Virus record (IMG/VR): IMGVR_UViG_3300042549_004104
Coordinates: 135,353 to 199,352 of that record
Reading direction: 5' to 3' (one strand)
DNA length: 64,000 bases
Source: a virus
Lineage: Duplodnaviria > Heunggongvirae > Uroviricota > Caudoviricetes
Below the pieces are notes generated by a model, which was not told the origin of the DNA, made no database searches, and was given only the letters and a program-made list of their open reading frames with translations. Positions 37,668 through 48,169 of the stretch are shown here, in pieces (position 1 is the stretch's first letter; every line of letters begins with the position of its first letter). The translations under genes were made by a program, and so were the position numbers.

Positions 37668-37946
37668 ATGAGAGCAACAGAATTTATCCGTGGTCTACTA
37701 GACCTTATTGACGACCTTGATTTAGGTGCCGCTATTAGCCAATCCCAAGATGATTATGTGGATGAAGTTCCACAAATTGAGGTAGAGATTGATACTCAAT
37801 ATTCTAACAGCCCGGACGAGATGTATACTAATAGCGAAGTAATAAACAGCATCGGTAATGATTTACATAAGCCTAAACATCCTAGCGATTTAAGAAGCAA
37901 TAGTGTTTCAATGTACCCGAACATGCAATATAAACCTGGTAACTAA
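37668..37946 (+). CDS. Putative head-internal protein
   Basis: MRATEFIRG N-terminus; late promoter. Confidence 0.55.
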   Translation: MRATEFIRGLLDLIDDLDLGAAISQSQDDYVDEVPQIEVEIDTQYSNSPDEMYTNSEVINSIGNDLHKPKHPSDLRSNSVSMYPNMQYKPGN

Positions 37947-37948
37947 TT

Positions 37949-38809
37949 ATGGCTAACATTACCATTACAGTTCAAAGTTTATTAAATGCGGCTGAATATG
38001 ATTCATACACAATCGACAACGGGCAAACAATCAACCAATTAAAAACTGCAATTTACAATGCAACTGGTGTTGAAACTACATGGTTTGACATTGTATTGAA
38101 TGAACAAATTGCAACCGGAACAAGTACTTTATCTAGTCTAGGAATTATCACTGGTACACGATTACGAACACATAATAAAATTTCTCGTCTTGCTACATTA
38201 GAGTTAAGACAAAAAAGTAAGTTAGACTTAGCGGCACTAGATAGAGCTAGTGTAGGTAATGATAGAAGTACATATGATATTTCTGAATTACCAACACAAT
38301 ATGTAGGAAATACTATATATGATAATCCAAATACAGGTGGATTAGTTCAAGGTCGTCCTTGGATTGAAACAACTACTCCATTCACATTCTACGAAGCGTT
38401 TGGAACTACTAGCGCATTAACTACAACACAGTATGTTAGTGGTAATAAGATTTACGGTTATGCATCAACACTTGATGTTCTTGGCTATCAAAATAGTAGA
38501 GTAGTAGTCAATGATATTGAAGTGTTAAATGTTAACACCCGTGGTCACAACATGGTAATATTAGATTCTTACGGTGATGTAGTTGATACAGGTAACTATG
38601 ACACCTACGGAAGTGCATTAGCATTAACATTATTAGCAAATGCACTTAATAGTGTGGCAAGTGGCAACATTGTTGTATTAGTTGTATACGATGCATCTGC
38701 ATTAAATGCTACTGTTAGAACAGCAATTAATAACGGTTATGGATCTACTAATAGTAATACATGGACTGCAGGTAGAGTTAGTCAACTCTTTATTGGAATT
38801 AAAATCTAA
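37949..38809 (+). CDS. Ubiquitin-like N-terminal domain fused to an ILEI/PANDER-like C-terminal domain
   Basis: TINQLKTAI..TGV..TLSSLGI pattern aligns by eye with ubiquitin; RGHNMVILD..YDTY..GNIVVLVVYDAS matches the ILEI pattern. Confidence 0.6.
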   Translation: MANITITVQSLLNAAEYDSYTIDNGQTINQLKTAIYNATGVETTWFDIVLNEQIATGTSTLSSLGIITGTRLRTHNKISRLATLELRQKSKLDLAALDRASVGNDRSTYDISELPTQYVGNTIYDNPNTGGLVQGRPWIETTTPFTFYEAFGTTSALTTTQYVSGNKIYGYASTLDVLGYQNSRVVVNDIEVLNVNTRGHNMVILDSYGDVVDTGNYDTYGSALALTLLANALNSVASGNIVVLVVYDASALNATVRTAINNGYGSTNSNTWTAGRVSQLFIGIKI

Positions 38810-40677
38810 TGCCCTCAGTTCCAGATCCAGAACACGTTAAACCGTGGTATCTTAGAAACATAACAGAAGCACTAGCATTAGATGAAGCTAGCGGTAATGT
38901 TTATGTTCGTACTGGATTTGTTGGTAACATTATTATTAGCGGTAATGTAAATATACCCGGCAACGTTCAAGTCTATAGTACACCCGAAGATCCGGTACAT
39001 ACTCATATAACAGAGGTAGGCACTACTGGAATACTTGATGTTCCTTATCTGCCTATTAGTGGTAATGTAATAGTTTCATCAGGCAATATCAATGCAAATG
39101 TAACTCAAGGAACTGATCCATGGCGAATAACAGGTAATGTTAACGCAAATGTTAGTGGCAGTGTAGTTGTTACTAGTGGTAATGTCAATGCTAATGTGTC
39201 GGGTAATGTTGTTGTTACTTCAGGTAATATCAACGCTAATGTGACACAAGGAACAAGTCCGTGGGTAATTACCGGTAATGCGAATATTATTAACACTCCC
39301 AATGTATGGGTAACTAACACACCTGACATTACTGGTAATGTAAGAATTACAAGTGGTAATGTAAATGCAAACGTCAGTGGCAGTGTAGTTGTATCTAGCG
39401 GTAATATAAATGCAAACGTCAGTGGCAACGTTGGTATTATAGGTAATGTTAATGTAACACAGGGAACTGATTCATGGCATATAGATGGTAACGTATTAGC
39501 TACTATATCCGGTACTCCTACTTTTACTTTAGGTACTGGAACTACTGATGCTTTTGGTAGACTACGTGTTAGCGAACCGTATACGTTATTTGACACAAAA
39601 TCAAGATACTACGACCACAATGATTTTAGTAGTAGCACCAGCACTGGAGCAAATGTAGTATATGATGCTAACAGTTCTACATATCAATTGAATGTAACTG
39701 CTGCCAATGGCTCTAGCGTTATAAGAGAAACAAAACGAGTGTTTCCCTATCAACCGGGTAAGAGTCTGTTAGTGCTAACAACTTTCTGCATGAACACACC
39801 TAAGACCAATTTACGTCAACGTGTGGGCTACTTTACTACCAACAACGGTATATACTTTGAAAATGATGGAACCTATAACTACTTGGTAATAAGAAGTTAT
39901 AGTAGTGGTGCTTTAGTTGAGGATAGAATAAGACAAGATGCTTGGGACAATCCATTCCTTGCCTTACAAGTAAATAGAACACAAATTTTTTGGACAGATA
40001 TAGAATGGTTAGGAGTGGGATCAGTTCGTTGCGGTTTTGTTATTAACGGTGCTTATGTGCTATGCCATACGTTTCATCACGCTAACATCACAGGCAATAC
40101 TACTACATATATGACTACTGCAATCTTACCTGTACGTTATGAAATAACAAATACAGCCGGCACTACTGGCGTTAGTATGATGCGTCAAATTTGTTCTACA
40201 GTTATCAGCGAAGGTGGATACAATGCTTTCACCTACAGCGAAACAGCAGGACGTGGTACTTCAGTATTGAGACTATCTTCAGCAGGCACCTACTATCCGG
40301 TAGTCAGTATTAGATTGGCCAGCACAAGATTAGATGCTATTGTGTTGCCCAGACAAGTAGATGTATTAAGTCCCACTGTAAACTACTATCGTTGGAAATT
40401 GGTGTTGAACCCTACCTTAACTAATGCCAATTGGGCAGGGACTAGTACATCAGGAACTGTTGAATATGACACGGCCGCAACTGCTATGTCAGGCGGCATA
40501 GAACTACAGGCTGGCTATGTCAGCAGTAGAGAATTATCGGAATTGGGGGCAGATGCTTTTGCCTTCCAATTAGGAAGAACATTGGCAGGAGTCAGCGACA
40601 TAGTAACACTAGCAATGGCTGCTACTAGTAATAATGCTGATGTATTGGCACAAATTGGTTGGCAAGAAATTACCTGA
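38809..40677 (+). CDS. Virion structural protein with V/N/G repeats and a C-terminal beta-sandwich
   Basis: SGNVNANV and TQGTxxW repeats; DAFGRLRVSEP..YQPGKS..WLGVGSVR. Confidence 0.7.
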   Translation: MPSVPDPEHVKPWYLRNITEALALDEASGNVYVRTGFVGNIIISGNVNIPGNVQVYSTPEDPVHTHITEVGTTGILDVPYLPISGNVIVSSGNINANVTQGTDPWRITGNVNANVSGSVVVTSGNVNANVSGNVVVTSGNINANVTQGTSPWVITGNANIINTPNVWVTNTPDITGNVRITSGNVNANVSGSVVVSSGNINANVSGNVGIIGNVNVTQGTDSWHIDGNVLATISGTPTFTLGTGTTDAFGRLRVSEPYTLFDTKSRYYDHNDFSSSTSTGANVVYDANSSTYQLNVTAANGSSVIRETKRVFPYQPGKSLLVLTTFCMNTPKTNLRQRVGYFTTNNGIYFENDGTYNYLVIRSYSSGALVEDRIRQDAWDNPFLALQVNRTQIFWTDIEWLGVGSVRCGFVINGAYVLCHTFHHANITGNTTTYMTTAILPVRYEITNTAGTTGVSMMRQICSTVISEGGYNAFTYSETAGRGTSVLRLSSAGTYYPVVSIRLASTRLDAIVLPRQVDVLSPTVNYYRWKLVLNPTLTNANWAGTSTSGTVEYDTAATAMSGGIELQAGYVSSRELSELGADAFAFQLGRTLAGVSDIVTLAMAATSNNADVLAQIGWQEIT

Positions 40678-40702
40678 TTGATTTATCAAACTAAATATCG
40701 TT

Positions 40703-42250
40703 ATGTCAAATACACCTACCTTAGTTAAAAATCCTTATGTTAAGACAAAGTTTAAGGACGATAAAGAACTAGACGACTTTATCAAGTGTTGTGACCCTAA
40801 CACAGGTTATCTATACTTCATGGATAACTTTTTTATGATTCAACACCCTACTAAGGGTTCAATGGTTTATCATCCTTGGCCATATCAAAAACGATTGATT
40901 GAAACATATCACGAATATCGTTTTAGTATCAGTTTGATGCCTCGTCAGTCAGGTAAATCTACATCAGCCGCAGGATATTTATTATGGTATGCAATGTTTG
41001 TACCAGACAGTACGATTCTTATTGCGGCTCACAAATACACAGGTGCTCAGGAAATTATGCAACGTATTCGTTATGCATATGAAAATTGTCCTGACCACAT
41101 TAAAGCAGGTGTTACAACATACAACAAAGGCTCATTAGACTTTGAAAACGGATCACGTATTGTTTCAGCAACAACTACTGAAAATACTGGTCGTGGTATG
41201 TCTATCACATTATTATACTTAGATGAGTTCGCATTCGTGCGCCCAAGTATTGCGAAAGAATTTTGGACATCTATTACTCCTACGTTGTCAACTGGTGGTA
41301 AAGCAATTATCACTAGCACACCTAACAGTGATGAGGATCAATTTGCGTTCATTTGGAAGGGTGCTAACAAATGCGAAGATGAATTTGGTAACAAGACTGA
41401 AATAGGTGTTAATGGATTCAGAGCATATCGTGCTTACTATGCTGAACAACCTGGACGTGATGAAGAATGGGCTAATCAGATGAAAGCACAACTCGGTGAT
41501 GATAGATTCCGCCGAGAGATTGGTTGTGAATTCTTAATTGCTGATGAAACTTTAATAAACCCTAACACGCTTATTGATTTAATAGGTAAAGAACCTAATC
41601 ATCGTATGGGGCAAGTCCGTTGGTACAAGAAACCTGAGAAAGGCAATATCTACGCAGTTGGATTAGATCCTAGTCTTGGTACAGGTAGCGATCCGGCCGC
41701 TATTCAAATCTTTGAGGCAAACACAACAACGCAAGTAGGTGAATGGAAGCATAACAAAACACCTATTCCTGAACAAATTAAATTATTAGCACAAATAAAC
41801 AAATATATTGTTGAATGCACAAAAGAACCAAACAACATTTACTATTCTATAGAAAATAATACTATTGGTGAGGCAGCACTAATATCAATTAATGAATATG
41901 GTGAATCTAATATACCCGGTATCTTTATTTCCGAGCCCGGAAAAAAACGTAAAGGGTTCAATACTACACAAAAATCTAAATTAGCCGCTTGTGCTAAATT
42001 CAAGACATTATTAGAATCTAAAAAGATGACAGTAAACAGTCATAGTCTAGTCAGTGAATTAAAGTCATTTATAGCACATGGTGGAAGTTACGCGGCTAAA
42101 ATAGGTGATACAGACGATTTAGTCATGGCCAGCTTATTGTCAGTGAGAATTATTCAACAATTGGGTGAATATCATAGCGATTTAGACAACTATTTACGTG
42201 ACCACGATGAGTACATCGAACCGCTTCCCTTTTATGCTATATTGGGATAA
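40703..42250 (+). CDS. terL: Terminase large subunit (T4 gp17-like)
   Basis: PRQSGKST Walker A, LYLDEFAF Walker B, ITSTPN, GLDPS, IENN, DDLVMA. Confidence 0.95.
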   Translation: MSNTPTLVKNPYVKTKFKDDKELDDFIKCCDPNTGYLYFMDNFFMIQHPTKGSMVYHPWPYQKRLIETYHEYRFSISLMPRQSGKSTSAAGYLLWYAMFVPDSTILIAAHKYTGAQEIMQRIRYAYENCPDHIKAGVTTYNKGSLDFENGSRIVSATTTENTGRGMSITLLYLDEFAFVRPSIAKEFWTSITPTLSTGGKAIITSTPNSDEDQFAFIWKGANKCEDEFGNKTEIGVNGFRAYRAYYAEQPGRDEEWANQMKAQLGDDRFRREIGCEFLIADETLINPNTLIDLIGKEPNHRMGQVRWYKKPEKGNIYAVGLDPSLGTGSDPAAIQIFEANTTTQVGEWKHNKTPIPEQIKLLAQINKYIVECTKEPNNIYYSIENNTIGEAALISINEYGESNIPGIFISEPGKKRKGFNTTQKSKLAACAKFKTLLESKKMTVNSHSLVSELKSFIAHGGSYAAKIGDTDDLVMASLLSVRIIQQLGEYHSDLDNYLRDHDEYIEPLPFYAILG

Positions 42251-42279
42251 TTGATAAATATATAATTAAGAGATAAATT

Positions 42280-43794
42280 ATGCCAGTAAAACAAGACTCA
42301 ATCAACCGTGAATTATATGGAATGCTAAAAAGTCGTGGATATCGCCCGGACATGTTTACCAGTGCCGGAAAGAAAGTAGCTATTCCTGATGAAGCAGAAG
42401 CATTTCAATTTGACTTCATTAAAGACGGGGAAAACTACGGAAAAGTCACTGTTACCGTAGACGGATTACATAGACTTATTATCTATTACGGTGATGATGT
42501 TGAGGCTAGTCCTAAAGCAGATAGCCATGACAGTGAGAGTTTTAATAGTTTAAGAAAACACTTAAAAAGATTCGCAAAGGGTAAACAACTTGGATTTGAA
42601 CTAAGCGATATTGATGATTTGGAGCCCGATATGGCAAAACGTGAACACAATCAAAAAGACAAATTAGCCGAAGGCTATTACGCTATGGGTAAAGCAAAAA
42701 GCTATAGCGACAATGTACCTTCAACAAAAATCATTCTTCAACATAGTAGACAAATTGAAGAAGGTGAGAAAAGATATAGAAACATCGCTAAGATTTTCGT
42801 AGAGAACACACAGGGTGAAAGATTCTTAGTTCCTACAAACAAGCCAGGATTAGCACGTGTATATGCTAGACACATCGCAGAAGGCGGAACACCTTATGAT
42901 GAGCGTGGTCAACATATCACTAATATTTGTGAAGAATACAGTAAGATGGCAGGATTTGTTCGTGCCACAAAGAATAAGCAATTTAATGAATCAGTTCAAC
43001 AATTGATAAGTGAAGGAATTAACCATTATGGTAGTTTGCGTGAAACATTACATAAAATGGCAGGCAAGCGAGGATACAGAGAATATTTTGAAAATTATAC
43101 ACCTGCATTAATGGAAGATGAAAACGTATATGATTTAAGTGAAATGTTTATGCAAAGTTCACTTGATCCACGCATTGAATCAGTAATGCCAATATTAGGT
43201 AAACTAAACAAAAACATTAGTGAAACAAAATTAAAAGAAGTAGATGAATTATCTGAATGGGCTAATGATGTAATAGAAGGCATTGTTGCATCACCTACTA
43301 TGACTGCACCTAAAGTTAAAAAAATAGCTGAAACTGATATGGAAGAAAATGATGATGGTAATTTTGGAAAACTTCCAGCTTCTCAACAAGCATCACCTCA
43401 AGCAGTTCAACAGGCTAAAGATATTATTCAACAAAAAGCAGACCAGAACATTATAGGTATGGCTAACATAACAGGAACTATTCCTGAACCATTAAAGACT
43501 GAAGGCAAAGACGATGACGATGACGAAGATGATGGACTAATTGCTGGTCGTTATACCCAAGACGAATGGGATGCTATGTTGAATCGTGTTAAACAATTAG
43601 CACATAAGCAAGAAGCTGAAAAGGCTAAACAACAAGATAAAGATTTGGGTGAAGGGCTAGATAGCGACCAAGAGGCAGCAGGTCAATTAGGTCCTACTGA
43701 GAAAGTTAAAAATAACAATATCGGTAAACTAGTTGGTGCAAATGAAAGTGTTGACCCAGAATTAATACACATCAAACGACTATCCGGTATTTAA
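42280..43794 (+). CDS. Conserved hypothetical protein between terL and ssb (probably virion)
   Basis: 504 aa; late promoter; acidic Glu-rich C-terminus ending IKRLSGI. Confidence 0.7.
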   Translation: MPVKQDSINRELYGMLKSRGYRPDMFTSAGKKVAIPDEAEAFQFDFIKDGENYGKVTVTVDGLHRLIIYYGDDVEASPKADSHDSESFNSLRKHLKRFAKGKQLGFELSDIDDLEPDMAKREHNQKDKLAEGYYAMGKAKSYSDNVPSTKIILQHSRQIEEGEKRYRNIAKIFVENTQGERFLVPTNKPGLARVYARHIAEGGTPYDERGQHITNICEEYSKMAGFVRATKNKQFNESVQQLISEGINHYGSLRETLHKMAGKRGYREYFENYTPALMEDENVYDLSEMFMQSSLDPRIESVMPILGKLNKNISETKLKEVDELSEWANDVIEGIVASPTMTAPKVKKIAETDMEENDDGNFGKLPASQQASPQAVQQAKDIIQQKADQNIIGMANITGTIPEPLKTEGKDDDDDEDDGLIAGRYTQDEWDAMLNRVKQLAHKQEAEKAKQQDKDLGEGLDSDQEAAGQLGPTEKVKNNNIGKLVGANESVDPELIHIKRLSGI

Positions 43795-43840
43795 AAGGGT
43801 AAATTAAACCGCACTTTTTTGTGCGGTTTACCACATCTGG

Positions 43841-43879
43841 CATAAATACTATTGACATATACAGAAAGTATGCTAAACT
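43841..43879 (+). promoter_or_regulatory. Tandem late (CATAAATA) and sigma70 (TTGACA-16-TAAACT) promoters for ssb
   Basis: Both motifs seen, downstream of hairpin 43806-43829. Confidence 0.6.
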
Positions 43880-43957
43880 ATCTTGTATGTTAGTTGTCTC
43901 ATAGGGAGACAGCGAATAATAAACAGAGACCATCTCAATTTTATAAGGAAAAATATT

Positions 43958-44962
43958 ATGGCATCATTAGCAGACATTCGTGCTCGTATCGCGGCACAAG
44001 AAAACAAGTCAGGGAACAACGGTTCTACAAAACAATCTGACAACTCAATCTACCCCCACTGGAATATGGACGAAGGCACAACAGCGTCAATTCGTTTCTT
44101 GCCAGATGCAAACGGTAACAACACGTTCTTTTGGGTAGAACGTCAAATCATCAAACTACCATTCAATGGTGTTAAGGGTGATCCAAACGTAAAGCAAATT
44201 CAAGTACAAGTACCATGCGTTGAAATGTACAACGATGGATCTTCTTGTCCAATCTTGGCAGAAGTTCGTCCATGGTATAAAGACGAAAGTTTGAAAGAAA
44301 TGGCAAACAAATATTGGAAGAAGCGTAGTTATATTTTCCAAGGTTTTGTTCGTCAAAATCCAATTGGTGATGATGCTACTCCTGCGAATCCAATTCGTAA
44401 GTTTATCATCAGTCCACAAATCTTTACAATCATCAAATCAAGTTTGATGGATCCAGAAATGGAAGAATTGCCAACTGACTTTATGCGTGGTCTTGATTTC
44501 AACGTTAAGAAAACAACTAAAGGTGGTTATGCTGACTACTCAACTAGTAGTTGGGCACGTAAAGAATCAGCATTGACACAACTTGAACAAGATGCGATTG
44601 CCGCACACGGTTTATTTGATTTGACAGATTTCTTGCCTAAGAAACCCGGTGAAGCAGAATTACGCATTATGAAAGAAATGTTTGAAGCAAGCGTAGATGG
44701 TAAGCCTTACGACAATGAGCGTTGGGGTAATTACTTCCGTCCATATGGTTTAGAAGCACCTGCAGGAACGACAGCGGTACAACCAACAGCTACTACTGAA
44801 ACTAGAGCACCCGCGACTGCACCCGTAGCAGAGTCTGCACCATTTGATACGGACGAGCCTGAATCAACATCTACTCCAATAGTAGTTCCACAAGCTCCTA
44901 GTAGTGATAAAGCACAAGACATTCTTGCAATGATTCGTGCTAGACAAGCAAAGACTGCTTAA
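43958..44962 (+). CDS. 32: Single-stranded DNA-binding protein (T4 gp32-like)
   Basis: IRFLPD, CVEMY..CPI, YWKKRSY, GYADYSTS; start at ATG 43958. Confidence 0.9.
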   Translation: MASLADIRARIAAQENKSGNNGSTKQSDNSIYPHWNMDEGTTASIRFLPDANGNNTFFWVERQIIKLPFNGVKGDPNVKQIQVQVPCVEMYNDGSSCPILAEVRPWYKDESLKEMANKYWKKRSYIFQGFVRQNPIGDDATPANPIRKFIISPQIFTIIKSSLMDPEMEELPTDFMRGLDFNVKKTTKGGYADYSTSSWARKESALTQLEQDAIAAHGLFDLTDFLPKKPGEAELRIMKEMFEASVDGKPYDNERWGNYFRPYGLEAPAGTTAVQPTATTETRAPATAPVAESAPFDTDEPESTSTPIVVPQAPSSDKAQDILAMIRARQAKTA

Positions 44963-45006
44963 TGTAATAGAGAACGGGAAACCGTTCTCTCCTAAGGGAG
45001 AATACT

Positions 45007-45261
45007 ATGACATTACCAGACGAAAGATACCGAGCAATTAAGCAGGGTAAAAAACTATTAGAAGAACTATGTGATCCAGGTAAAACACCTAGGGTCCCTA
45101 GCATAGTCCGAGACAGGGCAAGAGCCGCTTTGCGTCATTATCCACATGATTATGAAATTGATACAATAGCACAAAATTGTCCTGAGTTGTTAGATAAAGA
45201 ACCGTTTAGTGTTGATAAACTAAACAAACATATTGGAGAGAAAATTGGCAAAACCATTTGA
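45007..45261 (+). CDS. Small conserved protein (BPSL0761-like)
   Basis: MTLPDERYRA..TPRVP..ARAALRHYP. Confidence 0.6.
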   Translation: MTLPDERYRAIKQGKKLLEELCDPGKTPRVPSIVRDRARAALRHYPHDYEIDTIAQNCPELLDKEPFSVDKLNKHIGEKIGKTI

Positions 45262-46312
45262 TGTATCAAAATTTAGAAAAGAAATTACAAAAAGTATAGA
45301 AGGATTAAGCATTGGATTTAATGACCCTACTGACTGGGTTTCAACAGGAAATTATGCTCTTAATTATCTCATTAGTGGTGATTTTAACAAAGGTGTTCCT
45401 TTGGGAAAGGTTACTGTATTCGCTGGTGAATCTGGTTCCGGAAAAAGTTATATTTGTTCCGGTAATCTTGTTCGTCACGCTCAAGAACAAGGCATATTCG
45501 TTGTTCTTGTGGATAGCGAAAATGCGTTAGATGAAACATGGTTGCATAATCTTGGTGTTGACACCGCAGAAGAAAAATTGTTAAAATTAAATATGGCTAT
45601 GATTGATGACGTAGCCAAGACAATCAGCAAATTTATGGCTGATTATAAAACATTGCCTAGTGATGACAAACCCAAAGTGTTGTTTGTTATTGATAGTTTA
45701 GGAATGTTATTGACACCAACTGACGTTAACCAGTTTGATGCAGGTGATATGAAAGGTGATATGGGTCGTAAACCTAAAGCACTCACATCACTTGTTCGTA
45801 ACTGTGTCAACATGTTTGGTAGTCACAATGTAGGATTGGTTGCTACTAATCATACGTATGCATCACAGGATATGTTTGACCCTGACGATAAAATCTCAGG
45901 TGGACAAGGTTTTGTGTACGCAAGTTCAATTGTTGTTGCTATGAAGAAACTCAAATTGAAAGAGGATGAAGATGGTAACAAGATTAGTGATGTACGTGGT
46001 ATTCGTAGTGCATGTAAAATTATGAAAACACGTTATGCTAAACCTTTTGAAAGTGTTCAAGTTAAGATTCCATATGATACAGGTATGAGTCCATATAGCG
46101 GTCTTGTTGACTTGATTGAAAAAGCAAACATGCTTAAAAAAGAAGGCAACAGTTTGGTATACACAACCGAAGATGGCGAAATTATTAAGAAATTTCGCAA
46201 AGCATGGGAAAGTAATACTGATGGTTGCTTAGATAAAGTAATGATTGAATATCAATCAAAACCGGGCAAAACGATAAGTAATCTAGTAGCAGAAGGAGAA
46301 CCCACAGAATGA
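45245..46312 (+). CDS. uvsX: UvsX RecA-like recombinase
   Basis: GESGSGKS, VDSENA, VIDSLG, NHTY, ISGG; likely TTG start after GGAG. Confidence 0.93.
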   Translation: MAKPFDVSKFRKEITKSIEGLSIGFNDPTDWVSTGNYALNYLISGDFNKGVPLGKVTVFAGESGSGKSYICSGNLVRHAQEQGIFVVLVDSENALDETWLHNLGVDTAEEKLLKLNMAMIDDVAKTISKFMADYKTLPSDDKPKVLFVIDSLGMLLTPTDVNQFDAGDMKGDMGRKPKALTSLVRNCVNMFGSHNVGLVATNHTYASQDMFDPDDKISGGQGFVYASSIVVAMKKLKLKEDEDGNKISDVRGIRSACKIMKTRYAKPFESVQVKIPYDTGMSPYSGLVDLIEKANMLKKEGNSLVYTTEDGEIIKKFRKAWESNTDGCLDKVMIEYQSKPGKTISNLVAEGEPTE

Positions 46313-46557
46313 GTTTAGATTTTGTTTCGGAAGTATGGGACGCACTGCGTGACCATATTGACCTTAATGAGCGTATGACAGCGGCTGACACTTTGGTTAA
46401 TCTTTTAATTGATAACAATTATGAAGTCGAAGAAATCAAAGAAGCATTTAGAGACAAAGATATAACCAGAGCATTGAAAGATTATGCTAAGGAACATTTT
46501 GTTGAAGAAGAATACGAAGAAGACCAAGACGAAGACCAAGACGAAGATTGGAATTAA
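46309..46557 (+). CDS. Small acidic protein
   Basis: 82 aa with an acidic C-terminus. Confidence 0.7.
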   Translation: MSLDFVSEVWDALRDHIDLNERMTAADTLVNLLIDNNYEVEEIKEAFRDKDITRALKDYAKEHFVEEEYEEDQDEDQDEDWN

Positions 46558-47019
46558 ATGTCATCAAATTGGTACACAAGGATCACTTACGACCTTAGTG
46601 TGATACCCGATTTCATTACCCATTATGAATCAGAAATGATTTCTGCTAAACAAGATGTTAGGATATATGGGAATGTTGAAAAAAACATAAGTGCCCTACC
46701 GGGTATCACAGAACAGAGGTTCAACCAGCTACAAGAGATTGAGGCTGTGTTGAATTATTTGAACATTCAACTCAGGAAAATTCGCCGAAAACATTTTCAA
46801 AAATATTTAGAAGCGTATAATAGAGCATTGACAAGTCGGGATGCTGAAAAGTATGTTGATGGCGAACAAGAAGTGATTGACTTTGAAACACTTATCAATG
46901 AAGTAGCATTACTACGCAATAGATGGTTAGGCATTATGAAGGCTTTGGATAGTAAGAATTTTATGTTAGGGCATGTAGTTCGCTTAAGAGCAGCCGGCAT
47001 GGAAGATATATCATTGTAA
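46558..47019 (+). CDS. uvsY: UvsY recombination mediator
   Basis: Helical, SRDAEKYVDGE, LRAAGMED; next to uvsX. Confidence 0.8.
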   Translation: MSSNWYTRITYDLSVIPDFITHYESEMISAKQDVRIYGNVEKNISALPGITEQRFNQLQEIEAVLNYLNIQLRKIRRKHFQKYLEAYNRALTSRDAEKYVDGEQEVIDFETLINEVALLRNRWLGIMKALDSKNFMLGHVVRLRAAGMEDISL

Positions 47020-47038
47020 ATTAACGGAAAGAGATAAC

Positions 47039-47836
47039 ATGACACGTATCACAAAATCATTATTTGGATCAAACGGTAGCAACATTAATAACATTCAATT
47101 ACACTCTATAACAAATGGTGCTAATGATTGGTTATTGGGCATGACCGACGTACACCCTGAAGTTAAAAAATATGAGATGTTTGAATCTCCTGAAGATACT
47201 TTGGCATTAAGTATCGCATGGAAGCGTTTACGTGATAATAACAAGGCCAATGATATTGGTAAATTACTTGATAGAAAGTTGTTCGATCATATTAAGCAAG
47301 AAGATAAAGACAAGGCAAATGAGATCCGTGACTACTACAGCAAAAAAGTTATGATGTGGAAATTGAAGGGTGATGGTAAACTTACTCCTTATCGCAACGA
47401 CATGAATCAGTTTGTACATAGTAATGGATTGGTAGTAAAAGAAAACATGTTTGGTTTGATTTACTATTTGCCTATTTTTTATGAGTATGATTTGAATTTA
47501 GATAGTGTTCGTGGTCAAGTCAATATAAATCAAAAATTTAAAAAACTTGATGATGAACGTAAACCACATATGTTAGTTATCACAGAAGATTTGACACCTA
47601 TTACAAAATTCAAAAAGCACAATAAAAAAGGTACAACAACACAATATTGGTTGAAAGATGCTACTATGAATGCTGGTGTTATGATATCAGTAGATAAAGG
47701 CAACAGTTTAGAACACTTGTGGGAGTATATGTTTGATAATGAAAAAGTATTAAAAATCAAAGGTAGATATATCCGTCGATGTATTGACGATTTTGAATAC
47801 TATAGAATTGACAATTGGGAACTTGCCAAAGGTTGA
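47039..47836 (+). CDS. Hypothetical protein
   Basis: 265-aa ORF. Confidence 0.7.
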   Translation: MTRITKSLFGSNGSNINNIQLHSITNGANDWLLGMTDVHPEVKKYEMFESPEDTLALSIAWKRLRDNNKANDIGKLLDRKLFDHIKQEDKDKANEIRDYYSKKVMMWKLKGDGKLTPYRNDMNQFVHSNGLVVKENMFGLIYYLPIFYEYDLNLDSVRGQVNINQKFKKLDDERKPHMLVITEDLTPITKFKKHNKKGTTTQYWLKDATMNAGVMISVDKGNSLEHLWEYMFDNEKVLKIKGRYIRRCIDDFEYYRIDNWELAKG

Positions 47837-47861
47837 CAATAAATCCGACTGGCTATATAAT
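47833..47861 (+). promoter_or_regulatory. Sigma70 early promoter
   Basis: TTGACAATAAATC..TATAAT, 17-nt spacer. Confidence 0.85.
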
Positions 47862-47891
47862 ACGTGTATTAATCAAATAAAGGAACAAAAA

Positions 47892-48116
47892 ATGACTCTT
47901 AAACAAAAAGCAATTTCACAGACTATCGCAATTATCTTAGGTATTGTGGGCGGATCACTATTACTGAATGTAATACTTTTCTATACACCCGTTGTCATAT
48001 TGCAGTATGCATTTGGCATCGCCCTAATAGGATTTTTAGTCTATGGTATTTACGGTCTTGTTTATTCACGACTTGAGTATACTGACAAATTGGAACAAAT
48101 TAATTCCAAAACTTGA
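47892..48116 (+). CDS. Small two-TM membrane protein
   Basis: Start at ATG 47892 after AAGGA; two hydrophobic helices. Confidence 0.65.
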   Translation: MTLKQKAISQTIAIILGIVGGSLLLNVILFYTPVVILQYAFGIALIGFLVYGIYGLVYSRLEYTDKLEQINSKT

Positions 48117-48141
48117 CAATAAATCCAAAATCGTATATAAT
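48113..48141 (+). promoter_or_regulatory. Sigma70 early promoter
   Basis: TTGACAATAAATC..TATAAT, 17-nt spacer. Confidence 0.85.
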
Positions 48142-48169
48142 ATATTTTTTATTGATTGAAAGGTAACGC

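Noticed and set aside
44969-44990. Hairpins AGAGAACGG-GAAA-CCGTTCTCT here and at 43806-43829
   Set aside because: Positions directly after stop codons fit ordinary terminators or stabilisers.
46515-46550. 12-bp tandem repeat GAAGACCAAGAC
   Set aside because: Simply encodes an acidic EDQD tail; ordinary slippage.
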